Positions 12,063 to 25,571 of a stretch of 64,000 nt of DNA are shown piece after piece; positions within the stretch are counted from its first letter, which is position 1; each line of letters opens with the position of its first letter. Where the stretch lies: the NCBI GenBank assembly GCA_038087875.1, contig CM075989.1, positions 21,826,001 to 21,890,000 of the forward strand, written 5' to 3'. The stretch comes from Malacoraja senta (Eukaryota). Below the pieces are notes generated by a model. The model was not told the origin of the DNA. It saw only the letters and a list, made by a program, of their open reading frames with translations, and made no database searches. The position numbers were made by a program, and so were the translations under genes.

Positions 12063-13044
12063 GCATCAAAAATTGTGACGATGCCTTGTAAGTTTGTATT
12101 CCACAAGATGGCACGGTGTAGATGGAGTGAAGACATCGCACAGACCAGACTTCCCACCATTGACTCCATCCACACTTCACGTTGCCTAGGAAAAGCAGCC
12201 AACATAATCAACGACTTAGTGTGGAAACAAAGAGCTGCAGACGCTGGTTTATATCAGAGATAGACGCAAAGTGCTGGAGTAACTCAGCAGGTCAGGCAGC
12301 ATCTCCCGAGAAATATATTAGAGATATATTTCTGAAGAGTTCAAGGTAGATATTAACAAGAATCTGAGCATTCTGAATAAAGCCTTTACTCTGAGATCTT
12401 CGGTTTCCTCCCACACTCCAGATGTGCACGTTAATTGGCTTGGTCTAAATATAACATGTAAAATTGTCCCTTATATGTGTAGGGTAGATTTAATGTGTGG
12501 GGATCGCTGGTCGGTGCAGACTCGGTAGGCCGAAGGGCCTGTTTTCCGCTGTGTATCTCTAAGCTTAAACTAAATTTCCAATCGGGTTATTTTGTTTTTA
12601 ATGCGTGAAAATGTTTCCATTGAGCTGAAGGAGGTGGTCTGAGTCAGGGTATTAATGGAGTATTGAACTCATTATAAAACTGTCCCTTCAGGCTCTAATC
12701 AACTAGTGGCGCAATCACCCACCTTGTTGTTGAAAAAGGCAAACTGATGTCGACTGATGGAACTGGTAAAACCAGGGCTTGTTTACTTTTCTGTGAAGTG
12801 GTTGTGACAGCGCACTGTGAAACGTGAAACAGGGACTAATGTGCTGAAAGCCCTTGAGGAGGCCCTGAGGGCGAGCTGATGTCTCAAGCTGCACCATAGG
12901 CAGCATTTGCAGTCACTCGGCAGTCTTGTCTAGAGTGTATTTAAATCTTGTTTGCCCTTTGCAACATGATTTCACATTGCGCAAATGACATAATTCATCT
13001 TAAAAAGGCAAAGGATGTTAAGCGGAGTTTTAACTTCGATTAAC

Positions 13045-13333
13045 TTAGTTTAGTTTAGTCTAGTTTAGAGATACAGCGCGGAAACCGCCCTCCCCCCCCG
13101 GGTCCGCGCCGACCAGCGATCCCTGCACATCAACACTGTCCTACCCACTAGGGACAATTTTTACATTTACCAAGCCAGTTAACCTACAAACCTGGACGTC
13201 TTTGGAGTGTGGGGGGAATCCGAAGATCTCGGAGAAAACCCACGCAGACAGCACCCGTAGTCAGGATCGAACTCGGGACCCCGGCACTGCATTCACTGTA
13301 AAGCAGCAACTCTACCACTGCGCCACTGTGCTG
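13045..13333 (-). mobile_element. V-SINE with internal deletion
   Basis: Tail, V-domain and head on the minus strand; the head carries the CAGYGAATGCAGYG expansion. Confidence 0.85.
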
Positions 13334-14342
13334 CATAAACTTGCTCAAGAAGAGACAGATGAGGTGCTGAAATAATGGCCTACATTTTACAGAAGACACA
13401 ATAGAAAAAGTAACCACTTTGACTGCCCCTTGCACTCTAAAACTCACGGTAACTTTAGGATTTTCTCCACAGTTCACAGCGAAACGCTTAATTTTTTTTT
13501 CCAACTGATTCAGCTCTGCCCTACAGGCTGTGTCATTTCTCAACCACGATCAAGGGAAATCAGCTCAATTGGCAAATGTTTCTTTTTGCTTAATCAGTCT
13601 CACTTTAAATACTCTGTGGATGACATGGTCAGTGTGCATGTTTCATGGGACAGTAAGCCTCAATTACAGCTTAACCACCTCTGGCCCTATAAAGCACGTG
13701 GATCGTAATTACCTCATGCAAATATTCCACTTTATGATGGATTTTAAAATATTTTATGTTTCAAAAGTTCATGATCTTTCAACTCCTGCATTAATCTTAC
13801 TTTGATCTTTGTTTAGCCATCTGTAAAATGTTTTAAAGGTTTATGGCGGCACGGTGGCACGGCGGTAGAGTTGCTGCCTTACAACGCCGGAGACCCGGGT
13901 TCGATCCTGTCCATGAGTGCTGTCTGTACGGAGTTTTCTCAGGGTCTCGACCAGAAACGTCGCCTATTCCTTCTCACCAGAGACGCTGCCTCAGCCATTA
14001 AGTTTCTCCAGCATTTTTTGTCTACCATAGATTTTTCCAGCATCTGCAGTTCTTTCCTAAACCTGTATGTTTAGTTTAGTTTCAAGAAACAACGAGGAGA
14101 CAGGCATTTTTTCAGCCCATCGAGTCCCCGCCAACGAGCTATCCCTGCACACTAACACTATCCTACACACACGAGGGACAATTTTACATTTATACCAAGC
14201 CAATTAACCTACACACCTGTACGTGTTTGGAATATCGGAGGAACACACATGTCAACATGTAGTATGTAGATGGACCAGGGGAGCAAGAGATAGCCCACGC
14301 GGTCACGGAGAGAACGTACACACTCCATACAGACTACACCCG

Positions 14343-14861
14343 CAGTTTTGGTCTCCAAACTTGAGGAAGGACATTCTTGCTATTGAGGGAGTGCAGCGTA
14401 GGTTTACAAGGTTAATTCCCGGGATGGCGGGAATGTCACATGTTGATAGGTTGGAGCGGCTGGGCTTGTACACTCTGGAATTTAGTAGGATGAGAGGGGA
14501 TCTTATTGAAACATCTAAGATTATTAAGGGTTTGGACACGCTAGAGGCATGTTCCCGATGTTGGGGGAGTCCAGAACCAGGGGCCATAGTTTAAGAATAA
14601 ATGGTAAGCCATTTAGAACGGGGATGAGGAAAAACTTTTTCACACAGAGAGTTGTGAGTCTGTGGAATTCTCTGCCTCAGAGGGCGGTGGAGGCCGGTTC
14701 TCTGGATGCGTTCAAGAGAGAGCTCTTAGGGATAGCGGTGTTAAGGGATATGGGGAGAAGGCAGGAACAGGGTACTGATTGTGGATTTTAAGCTATTATC
14801 ACATTGAATGGCAGTGCTGGCTTGAAGGGCTGAATGGCCTACTCCTGCACCTATTGTCTAT
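14343..14861 (+). mobile_element. CR1-clade LINE 3' end
   Basis: QFWSPNLRKDILAIEGVQRRFTRLIPG and RGHSL..FFTQRVV.LWNSLP; (CTATTGT)n tail; abuts a minus-strand SINE at 14069-14342. Confidence 0.9.
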
Positions 14862-16102
14862 TAGTTTAACTTGGCTTCGTGCTCGGCACCGGCTTTGTGG
14901 ACTGAAGGGTCTGTTCCTGTGCTGTACTGTTCTGCGTTCGATGTCAAATCTCAACCACATTGCAGCAGGCGGAATACTTTCAATTACATTTCGAGGAGAG
15001 TATGTTTTTGTAAAGAACTGGAATGTTCCGCTGACTGAATTCGCCACTGGGCATTTTTTTCTTGGGCCCGCTCAGTTCAACCAGTTTACAATCAGGATTT
15101 ATTGATACCAAATGTGTCCCTGCTCATTAAATGAAAGATTGACAGGAGAGGGTTACGTGCCCTGCTGATGTTACCTGCACCCATGGTGTGGAGATTAAAT
15201 TAGTCATATATACTGCTGGCATTTAGGGCTGAAACATTGGAACAAAACGCAGATCAAATTGGGTGGGAAGAGCTGTTGGATCCAATTTTGGAAAGGGGAG
15301 TTCAGCTCTTCATAATCACGAACCTTGATGAACCTTCAGCTGACTATTGGTTTCCAAACGCTGAACGTACCCACATTGTTAACCCTCAGTGATCCGCTCT
15401 GCTTTATATAAAGCGGTAGAGTTGCTGCCTCACAGCGCCAGAGACCCTGGTTCGACCCTGACTACGGGTGCTGTCTGTACGGAGTTTGTACGTTCTCCCC
15501 GTGACCTGCGTGGGTTCTCTAAGGGGGTTCCGCTTTCCTCCTACCTCCCAAAGACATGCAGGGTTGTTTGGAAAATTGGCTTCTGTAAATTGTCCCTAGT
15601 GTGTAAGTGTATGGGTGATCGATGATCAGCATGGACTCAGTGGGCCGAAGGGCTTGATTCTGCACTGTAAAACTACACTACAGAAATAGAACGATTAATT
15701 TGTGGAAGTCCATTGCAAGAACTATTATTTGAAAGAAGAGAAACATATCAGAAATCTTCTCAAAATCTTCATATCTTTTTCTTCCATCTACATTTGCAGA
15801 TTTATTAGTTAATCATTTTTGTTTATTTTTGGTTAAGTTACAGTAGGTTTGGCTGCGGTCCTCTTTCTCACTTCATGTGCAAAATTCCTCAACCAATTTC
15901 TCAGACATAACCCTGGACGAAGCCTGACATTCCTCGGCTACCGAGTCCACACCACCAGCGATCCCCGCACATCAACAGTTCCTAAACAACATGTTACAGG
16001 GCAACATGTTTACATGGACATGTAGATCTTTGTGCAGTGGAAGCCTCCAGTAAATATAATCATCATCATTCTTCATTCAAAAGGAATATATGGTCATCAT
16101 TC

Positions 16103-16745
16103 GAGCGGTATGAATATTCACTTCTCTGACTCCAAGTAACCCTTGCTTTCCCTCTCTCTCCATCCCTCCCCCATCCTAGTTCTCTGACTAGTTTCACTGT
16201 CCCCCAGTTTTTATTTAATGACAGTATGCCTCGTTGTCATATGGAAACGAGGAAACACTTTTTCTCACAGAGAGTGGTGAGTCTGTGGAATTCTCTGCCT
16301 CAGAGGGCGGTGGAGGCAGGTTCTCTGGATGCTTTCAAGAGAGAGCTAGATAGGGCTCTTAAAAAATAGCGGAGTCAGGGGATATGGGGAGAAGGCAGGA
16401 ATGGGGTACTGATTGGGGATGATCAGCCATGATCACATTGAATGGCGGTGCTGGCTCGAAGGGCCAATTGGCCTGCTCCTGCACCTATTGTCTATTGTCT
16501 ATTGACACCTTCCCCTAAGCTAACAATGAACCATTCTACATCCTTTGAACTTTGTCTCCTTTGATCTCTCATTTTCACACCTTGCCCTTCCATATCTCGA
16601 TCTCTCCTTCTCACCTGACCCTCAGTCTGAAGAAGGGTCTCGACCCGAAACGTCACCCATTCCTTCTCAGCAGAGATGCTGCCTGTCCCGCTGAGTTACG
16701 CCAGCATCTTGTGTAAACAGCATCATCAGCAGTTCCTTCCTACAC
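16103..16745 (+). mobile_element. Penelope-like element 3' region with nested CR1 tail (about 16222-16504)
   Basis: Starts with an SGMNI.FS-like end of the GIY-YIG ORF, then a pyrimidine-rich spacer, an exact hammerhead-like motif at 16627-16654 and the family tail. Confidence 0.8.
16627..16654 (+). ncRNA. Predicted minimal type-I hammerhead-like ribozyme core (consensus copy)
   Basis: CUGAAGA-A-GGGU(CUCG)ACCC-GAAA-CGUC: conserved CUGANGA and GAAA boxes, stem II, palindromic ACGU stem III and a GUC triplet. Stem I is only about 2 bp. Confidence 0.6.
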
Positions 16746-17845
16746 ACTGGTCATCATATCTGTTCGTCCTGGACTCCATGACAGCGGAAGGAGATACATG
16801 CTTCATTGACAGAGAATCCAGTACAATTCTGGAGGAGCGATATCCCGAACCTTTCACTGCCAAGATGGTAGGAGGCCTGAAATTTGTTCTTGCCAAGGGC
16901 TATAGTGTCTGAGAAGGCACGGGACACAGTACATACCTGAGATACAACTCCACAGCCAGTGTCAGGGCCAGTTTTCACCCTGAAACTTTGGTGGCATCTC
17001 AACCCTTGAGAGGGCCTGAAAATGGGACAGAGAGAGACAGGAAGAGGAACGGGAGAGAGGGAGGAGGCAGGAAAAAGTACAGTCAGAAGGGGTGCGGAGA
17101 GAGGGAGAGCTACGGAGACAGGGACAGAGGGAGGGGGTGAAAGCGAGCAAGGAGGGGGAAAGAATGACAATTAAATAAAAGAAAAGACTCACTTAAAAAA
17201 TAAATTGATCACCAGCCAACACTGTGGGAGATTTACTAACAGGACGAGTCGAGGCCTTCGGGCTGAATGAGGGCTTGTTCATTGACTCATTGTAAATTGT
17301 CAATGAGAAGCAATAAAAATATTGCTGAGAGTCAGAGCTGTAAACACTTGTACTGCACATTGACATGGGGCAAGCAGGATTTTAGCACACTCCAATCCTT
17401 CATTTTGAATCCTCAGCTCGATTTATAATCAGACGATCATTGGAAATAGATTTTAATGCACAATATGTTAAGATAATTGCCTGCATTGGTTGAAATATTG
17501 CTTTTGAATTAGTTTTTAAAGTTATATTTGAATATTTTGTCATTGACCGTGTATTCATTCCATGGTTTAGACTGTTTCTGGTGACTTTAGTCACTTCCAG
17601 TGAATGTTAACTAATGACTTTATTACTTTCAATTCATTGCAGATGCAGACATCTTCTCTTGCCCAGTCTTGTTGCTCAATGGAACAGGCATTATCAGCCA
17701 AACTATATTGTACCAAACATTTCATTATTTTACCTCTCCCTGCTGTGGTTCAGAAACAAAACTCTGCCAATCTGAACAGATTACATGCATGAGTTCACTA
17801 TATTTCAGAGGGCTTTGTAGCCAATTAGGTTTGCGTGCAAAGTCT

Positions 17846-18235
17846 GTGGATGTGGAGAGGATGTTTCCACTAGTGGGAGAGTCCAGAACCAGAGGGCACA
17901 GCCTCAGAATAAAAGGACGTACCTTTAGAAAGGAGATGGGGAGGAATGGGATATGGATGTCAGGGGATATGGGGAGAAGGCAGGAACGGGGTACTGATTG
18001 GGGATGATCAGCCATGATCATATTGAATGGCGGTGTTGGCTCGAAGGGCCAAATGGCCTACTCCTGCACATATTGTCTATTGTCTATTGAATTTCTTTAG
18101 TCAGAGGGTGGTGAATCTGTGGAATTCATCGCCACAGAAGGCTGTTGAGGATGTCAATGGGTATTTCCAAGGCAGAGATTGACAGAGACTTAATTAGAAA
18201 GGGTATCAAGGGTTATGGAGAGAAGTTAAGGGAAT
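17846..18235 (+). mobile_element. Nested CR1 3' fragments
   Basis: DVERMFPLVGESRTRGHSLRIKG motif; a second CR1 tail (about 17948-18089) is inserted inside. Confidence 0.8.
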
Positions 18236-19006
18236 GGCGTTGGGAGACTGGTGTCTGGAGAAGGGTCTTTCCCCTGACTCTAATCTGAAGAAGGGTCTCG
18301 ACCCAAAACGTCACCCATTCCTTCTCTCCAGAGATGCTGCCCGTCCCGCTGAGTTTACTCCAGCTTTTTGTGTCTATCTGTGGTTTAAACCAGCATCTGC
18401 TGTTCCTTCCCACACATCACTTCACTTTCCATTCTGCAATCATGCAGATGTGTCTTTAAGGCACACTGAGACAGATGTTTACAAGAGGAAAAATCATAAT
18501 TCAAGACAGTCAATTTATGGGGTGCTCGATGAAGTTTGGAAAAGGGATGAGTAATGCAATGGGATAACCTGATCTGTTCTTAACGGGAAAAGTATGTTCC
18601 AACCACCCCCTGTGTGAAATGAGGTAAAACAGCTGATGATCCCACACATCTCTAAGTTGTTCCACTGTGACATTGTGTTGTTTGTAAATGACTGCTGCAC
18701 TCTTAGAATTATATCACAAAGCTGCACTTTTTGGGTTTCGTTAACAGCACGAATTATATTTTCTCCGAGATTTCTGTTGGAGATTGATAGATTCTTGATT
18801 AGTACGGGTGTCGGGGGTTGTGGGGAGAAGGCAGGAGAATGGGGTTGGGTGGCAAAGATAGTTCAGCCATGATTGAATGGCGGAGTAGAATGGCATAATT
18901 CGACTCCTAAGGAATATGAACTTATGAAATATAATTTTGCCAAACGCCACAGATCTGAAAATAAAAGCGGACTCTGTGACATTACTTTTGGCAGATGTCA
19001 GCATCT

Positions 19007-19316
19007 GCACGGTGGTGCAGCGATAGGGTTGCTGCCTTACAGCGCCAGAGACCTGGGTTCGATCCCTGCTACGGGTGCTTGTCCGTATGGAATTTGTACG
19101 TTCTCCCCGTGACCTGCGTGGGTTTTTCTCCGAGATCTCCAGTTTCCTCCCACACTCCAAAGACATACAGGTTTGTAGGGTAATTGGCTTGATATGAATG
19201 TAAAAATTGTCCCTAGTGTAGGATAGTGTTAATGTTCGGGGATCGCTGATCTGTGTGGATTCGGTGGGCCGAAGGGCCTGTTTCCACGCTGTATCTCTAA
19301 ACTAAACTAAACTAAA
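19007..19316 (+). mobile_element. V-SINE, full length
   Basis: Head, V-domain, tail and (CTAAA)n. Confidence 0.9.
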
Positions 19317-20099
19317 AGAGTGCCTTACTTTATTTGCAATGATCCTGCACAGAATTTGGCCTAAAATGTTATCTATCTTTCTATAGTATTGAAGCTGAGA
19401 GATGTAATGTGTATTTCCTGTTAACTACAGCATACATTTAGAGGCACGTAGTTATTGGACAACACTGTAGTTTTCATCACTTTAAGATGATTCCCATTTA
19501 CAGAATAGCACCATCTGAGACTAAAGCACATAAGTGAATGTTTTATGTAACTTTTATTATAACAGAAAATGCCTCTATGTTCTAAAATGCTTACAAACTG
19601 CTTTTATGTTTGTATTTACAGATAAACGAAAACAAAATATATCAAAGTAAGTGATATCATATTAATTTGAAAGCATTCTCTGATATATTAAATAACTATG
19701 TTATTTTTATAGTTGGATTATTGCATTTGTTTAGTATTAACCAGCTTGCTTTTAGGCCAAGCATTTAATACAATAAGCTGTTGTTAAGGGCAGGTACGAA
19801 CAGCAGATGCAGGTTTAAACCGAAGACACAAGAGAAAATCAGGCAGCGTCTCTGGTGAGAAGGAATGGGTGAAGTTTCAGGTCGAGACCCTTCTTCAGAC
19901 TGAGAGTCAGGGGAAAGGGAAACGAGAGATATAGACGATAATGCAGAGAGATATAGAACAACGAATAAGGGGTTTAATGAATAATGAAGGTACACAAAAC
20001 TGCTGGAGAAACTCAGCGGGTGCAGCAGCATCCATGGAGCGAAGGAAATAGGCAACGTTTCGGGCTGAAACCCTTCTTCATGAATAATGAATAAGGAAT

Positions 20100-20381
20100 A
20101 AGAATAAGGGGTCGGCCAGTTAGGACTGAGATGAGGAAAAGCTTTTTCGCCCAGACAGTTTTGAATCTGTGGAATTCTCTGCCACAGAAGGCAATGGAGG
20201 CCAATTCGCTGGATGTATTCAGGAGAGAGTTAGATTCAGCTCTTAGGGCTAACGGAATCAATGGATATGGGGAGAAAGCAGGAACGGGGTACAGATTTTG
20301 GATGATCAGCCATGATTATATTGAATGCCGTTGCTGGCTCGAAGAGCCGAATGGCCTACTCCTGAACCCATTTTCTATGTC
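20100..20381 (+). mobile_element. CR1 3' end
   Basis: MRKSFFAQTVLNLWNSLP...GYGEKAGTGY followed by the family 3' UTR. Confidence 0.85.
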
Positions 20382-20784
20382 TCCATTTTTCTCTGTATGA
20401 AAGATAGGCAAAATAGTTATTAGTGCAAAATAAGAGAAGAGGGATTTTTGAGTTTTTAAGAGAGATTGGGAGCCTTTGGCAACCACCTCATCACTTTTAG
20501 ATACATAATGGAATGGAGGTTTCCCAGGAGGATGTACACAGTTAGAGTCTCCAGCTGGCTGCGGCCCTTGTGCAGAAGAAATCAAGATCCGGATCGATGG
20601 ATCGCAGCTTCGGAGGGGGCCCGCCTAGCCAGCCCCTGCTCCATGGACCCACGGACCACCGGCTTGGAAGTGGGACCCTGCCGAGCCGGCCCTTGCTTGT
20701 CCCCCCAAGACCAGGGAGCAGGAGGAGGGAGACAGTGACAAAGACGGGCGAGGAGCGAGGCCCGTAGAATTGAATTGAATACTT

Positions 20785-20955
20785 TATTAACTGATGGACT
20801 TATTATTAACTTATTATTAACTGATTATTATTAACTTATTATTATTAACTGATGGACTTATTATTAACTTATTATTATTAACTTATTATTAACTGATTAT
20901 TAACTTATTATTAACTTATTATTAACTTATTATTAACTGATGGACTTATTAACTA
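20785..20955. repeat. AT-rich compound tandem repeat (TTATTA(TTA)AC, CTGATGGAC modules)
   Basis: Directly visible reiteration of TTATTATTAAC with interspersed TGATGGAC. Confidence 0.85.
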
Positions 20956-21285
20956 CTAAATTCTTTGCTTACATACACAAAATAGTGGCCCATAAAGGGT
21001 GCTTACAAAGTTACAAAGTACCCCCAAGCCAGGCCCCCCCCTTGTTCCCCCCTCCCTCACGGCGGCCACCCCACGCAGGGGGACCAGTGTCTGGCCCACC
21101 ACGGCCTGGAGGTCGGCTGCGGGGGGCTCCCACCCTCCAGAGGACGTGTGGATGGGGGAGGAGAGGGACGTGGCTTCCAAGGAAGGAGATGTCTGGAGGC
21201 CCCACGACAGCCTGGGACTCGCTTGGAGCAGGCACCGCTCATAAGAACCAGAACGCGAACTTCGTAAACGGCGGCAAAAGATGGC

Positions 21286-23045
21286 ATAAACTGCATAAGA
21301 ATATTCAATACTGGAAAACACTTCTCATTTCAATGCTCGGTAGAATTAATGTTATAAAAATGATTTTCCTTCCTCAATTTCAATCAATCCCGATATATCT
21401 CCCAAAACATTTCTTTAAAAAAGTCGATTCTATTGTGACAAGTTTTATTTGGGATTATAAGAATCACAGAATAAGCAAAAAAACACCTATGTAAACCCAA
21501 GACCAAAGGAGGATTAGTTTTACCAAATTTTTTATTTTATTTTTGGGCAGCCAATGTCAAAAATATGAATTTTTGGTTGGAAGATATGGATCAACAATCA
21601 GACTGGTTAAAGATGGAAAAGGAAGATTGTTTACCTTTTGAAATTGGTCCAATCCTGTTAGCTCCTACAAAACAATAAACAAATCTATAATGAAAACCCT
21701 ATAATATATAGTGGAATTCGAATTTGGAAACAATTAAAAAAGACATTAAAATTGGATAATTTATCATTTTCCCTCCCCATTGCAAATAATCCTTCATTTA
21801 AACCCTCAGTGTTGGATAAAGGTTTTGTACAATGGAAAAATCATGGAATTAAAAAGATGGGACATCTTTATAGAAACGGTATTTTTCTTTCGTTTCAGGA
21901 ACTACAACAGAATTATGGATTACATTCAAATAATTTTTTTAGATACTTACAACTTAAAGATTATGTTAAATCACATACACAAGAATACAGAATTAGAGAA
22001 CCAGAGATTCTAGATGAATGTTTGAATAAACACCCTAATACAGATAAATTAACATCTTATATTTATAATCTTCTTTTATACAGTGAGACTCCGTCGACGG
22101 AATTATATAGATTAGTATGGGAAAAGGAATTAGCCCAACCTATAACAAAAGATATTTGGGATGAAAGTTTACAACATATACATCAATGTTCATTAAATGC
22201 CAGACATTCTTTAATACAATTTAAAGTACTACATAGATTGCATTATTCAAAAACAAAATTAAATAGAATCTTTCCTAATATCTCCCCTATTTGTGATAAA
22301 TGCCAATACTCATCGGCTAATTTAACCCATACCTTTGTAAATTGTATAAAAATTAAAAATTATTGGATGGATATTTTTAAAATAATCTCTGTAGTTGTTA
22401 ATACTCAACTGGATCCCGATCCTAAATTAATAATATTGCGCATGTCAGAACAATACCTAAAACTTACAACAAAGCAAAGAAATTTCCTTGACTACAGTAT
22501 AATAATCGGGAAAAAATTAATATTAACATTTTGGAAAAACCCTGCAACCCCCACAATTAAGATATGGATTATGGAGATGTCGGAGACCTTATATTTGGAA
22601 AAAATTAGATATGTCTTAATTGACAAACCAGAATTATTTACTAAAATATGGTCTCCATTTATAGATTATCTGAAGGGGTAGACTCGGCCGGCGCGGAGGC
22701 CTGACTGAAACCTGAACCCAGGACTGGATGAATAGTTACGTCTTCTGACCTGCGGACCTATCTCCTAAGTTGTATTATTGATAGTTTATCTTACTTTTCT
22801 AATTTCTTCTTTTTATTTCTTTATTTCTTTATTTTCTTTATTTTTATTATTTATAAATATAAATAAATAATTAGAGGCAAGGTTAATATGTAACCGATAA
22901 AGGAGGACCCCAGCTGCTTTGGTAACTGGGTACCCGGAACCCTGGATACTTAATATGTAATCGTTATACAAAGTTTGTAATGGGTTGGACTATGATATGC
23001 AGATACCTCTAATAAAAAATTTAAATATAAAAAAATAATAATAAT
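21286..23045 (+). mobile_element. L1-clade LINE, 5'-truncated ORF2 C-terminus plus 3' UTR
   Basis: W..L.ISMLGRINVIKMIFLP, FIW, KGGL.LPNF..Y.WA motifs; the 309-aa ORF 21752-22681 has a C-x2-C...H...C zinc knuckle (CDKC...THTFVNC...YW); AATAAA then A-rich/(TAA)n tail; TSD AAGATGGC at 21278-21285 and 23046-23053; frameshift and stop near 21480-21680. Confidence 0.92.
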
Positions 23046-23975
23046 AAGATGGCGCCTCTTGTATACGGGACCAGTAGACAATTTCTGTACACTTGCTAAC
23101 CGAGTGGCAATACTTTATGACACAAAATGCTGGAGTAACTCAGTGGGACAGGCAGCATCTCTGGAGAGAAGAATGGGTGACATTTCAGGTTGAGTCCCTT
23201 CTTCAGACCTTCTTGTCATTTTCTATGGGAAGGGGTCCTCACCACCCAGTGACGACCCCTTTTCCCCACTCCACCAGTCCCCCTCCTCTTGGACTCCCCC
23301 AAACGTCCCTCTACCCTGTTTAGACCTTTTTATTTCTCCTTCCTACGCAATACTCTACTTGACTGTAAGACTTTTTTTTTCACAGTGTTAGCAGTTCACA
23401 CATGACAATAAAAACCTCATTGAAACATCATTGAAGAAGGGTCTCAACCCGAAACGTCACCTATTCCTTTGCTCCATAGATGCTGCCTCACCCGCTGAGT
23501 TACTCCAGCACTTTTGTCTACCTTCGATTTTTCCAGCATCTGCAGTTCCTTCTTAAACATTGAAACATTGAAGCTCGGATGCCATTACAAATGATGAGTA
23601 GATACTACCTGTTTCGTTCCTAAATATCACAAGATGATTCATAGGAGTGTTACCAGACAAAACTTACCATTAAGGTACCAAATCAGGTATTGGGGATTCA
23701 GACTAAATCCTCAGTCAGATCAACAGATTTTCGAGAGTTTTTAAAGTAGGAATATAAATTAAATCTTTAGGCAAGGTTCACCTCTCTCCCTTCTTCTTCT
23801 TTAGGATTCTACAAATACAAGTTATTCCTTTTATAAAGCTATTGGCATGCTAATTGATTACATCACTGTGAAATTCCTTGGCTTAGTGTTACACAAGTTT
23901 TAAGTTATTGCAGCTTCCTGCCCTGTTTTACCTTCCCCTCCACCCCCAGAATGACAACAGGAGATCCTTTGACTT

Positions 23976-24290
23976 GTTTAGTTTAGTTTAGTGATACAGC
24001 GTGGAAACAGGCCCTTCAGCCCACCGGGTCTGCACCGACCAGCGATCCCCGCACACTAGCACTATCCTACGCACACGAGGGACAATTTATATCTTACATA
24101 TTACAATTTACATTTATACCAAGCCAATTAACCTACAAACCTGCACGTCTTTGAAGATCTTGGAGAAAACCCACGCAGGTCACAGGGAGAAGGTACAAAC
24201 TCCATATATGCAGCACCCGTAGTCAGGATCGAACCCCCCCGTCTCCGGCACTGCAAGGTAGCATCTCTACCGCTGCGCCATCGTGTCGCC
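23976..24290 (-). mobile_element. V-SINE
   Basis: Reverse-complement family sequence; another copy follows at about 24563-24843. Confidence 0.85.
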
Positions 24291-25571
24291 CCGCTTCTAA
24301 GAGTCTCACTCACTGCCCTCTCCTCATAGCCCCGCAATTATTATTTTTTTCTTTCAACTACTCATCCAGGCCCCCTTTGGAACTCTGTTATAGAGTTGTC
24401 CTCCACTGACCCCTTGGCAGTACATTCCAGAGTCAAACCATTCACTGCATCACGAAAAAAAAGATTTTCTTCATGTCACTTATGGCTATTTCACTCTCTG
24501 ACTCTTGGCCCCTTTTGCCAATGTGAACACTTTTCCGCTGCCGAATTGACGCAACATTTTTTTGGAGATACAGCGTGGAACAGGCCCTTCAGCCCACCGT
24601 GTCCATGACGACCAACGATCACCCAATCACTAGTTCTATTCTACACACGAGGGAAAATTCACAGAAGCCTATTCACCTACAAACCTGCACGTGTTTGGAG
24701 TGTGGGATGAAAGTGGAGCTGCAGGAGAAAACCCACGCAGGTCACGGGGAGAAAGTACAAACTCCATACAGACAGCACCCGTAGTCAGGATCGAACCTGG
24801 GTCACTGGCGCTGTAAGGCAACCACTGTGCCACCATGCCGCCCTCTGTCAGATTTCCCCTCAACACCTCTATCTTGAGGAGAATAACCCTAATTTCTCCC
24901 ATCAATAACAAAGACAAGAAATACATCATTCCATAACCGAACAAGATAAAGTTAAACCAAAGATAGACACAAAAAGCTGGAGTAACTCAGCGGGTCAGAC
25001 AGCATCTCTGGAGAAAAGGACTAGGTGACGGTTCAGGTCGAGAACCTTCTTCCTAGAAATAAAGTTAAACGCCCTTAATTACAAAACAGGCTAAAAAAAC
25101 TAAGATGCTGAACCGTTACCTGACATTACCCAGTGACAAAGTTCTTACCAATCCATTTTATATCTGCGTCCTTACTTAAACTGAGAGAAGCTGAAAATGA
25201 GTGTGTAACGAACTACTGATGTTCAGTTTATAGCCAAACCATCCATTGGTGTAAGGTGTGGCTAACCTGCTTTGTTTTATAATCTAGTTGATGCCACAGG
25301 AAGCAAGAATGAAATCTGTTTATAAGACGTGACTGTGTATTAGTGCTTTGGGAGATCGAGTTACTGCTTTTTTTTAAAGTTATTTTGCATTTCCTTGTCC
25401 ATATTAGAGGCTTCCTCTTTAATCCTGAACATGGCTTGCCGCTGTAGAAAGTCAAAGGGGAAAGGTCAAGGTTCTATTCCAGGACACCAGCAGTGGGGCA
25501 GATCAAATGATGCGACAAAACAGGATGTGGCTTTATTGGCTTCACCTTGCACTGAATGTTATTCCCTTGTC

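Noticed and set aside
19622..19646. Possible 25-nt micro-exon (TTTACAG ... AAA|GTAAGT)
   Set aside because: Good splice-like signals, but not frame-preserving, no recognisable peptide, and such matches are expected by chance in 64 kb.
21752..22681. 309-aa ORF as a domesticated gene
   Set aside because: It lies within a TSD-flanked truncated L1 with upstream frameshift and stop, and begins at TTG; there is no evidence of exaptation.
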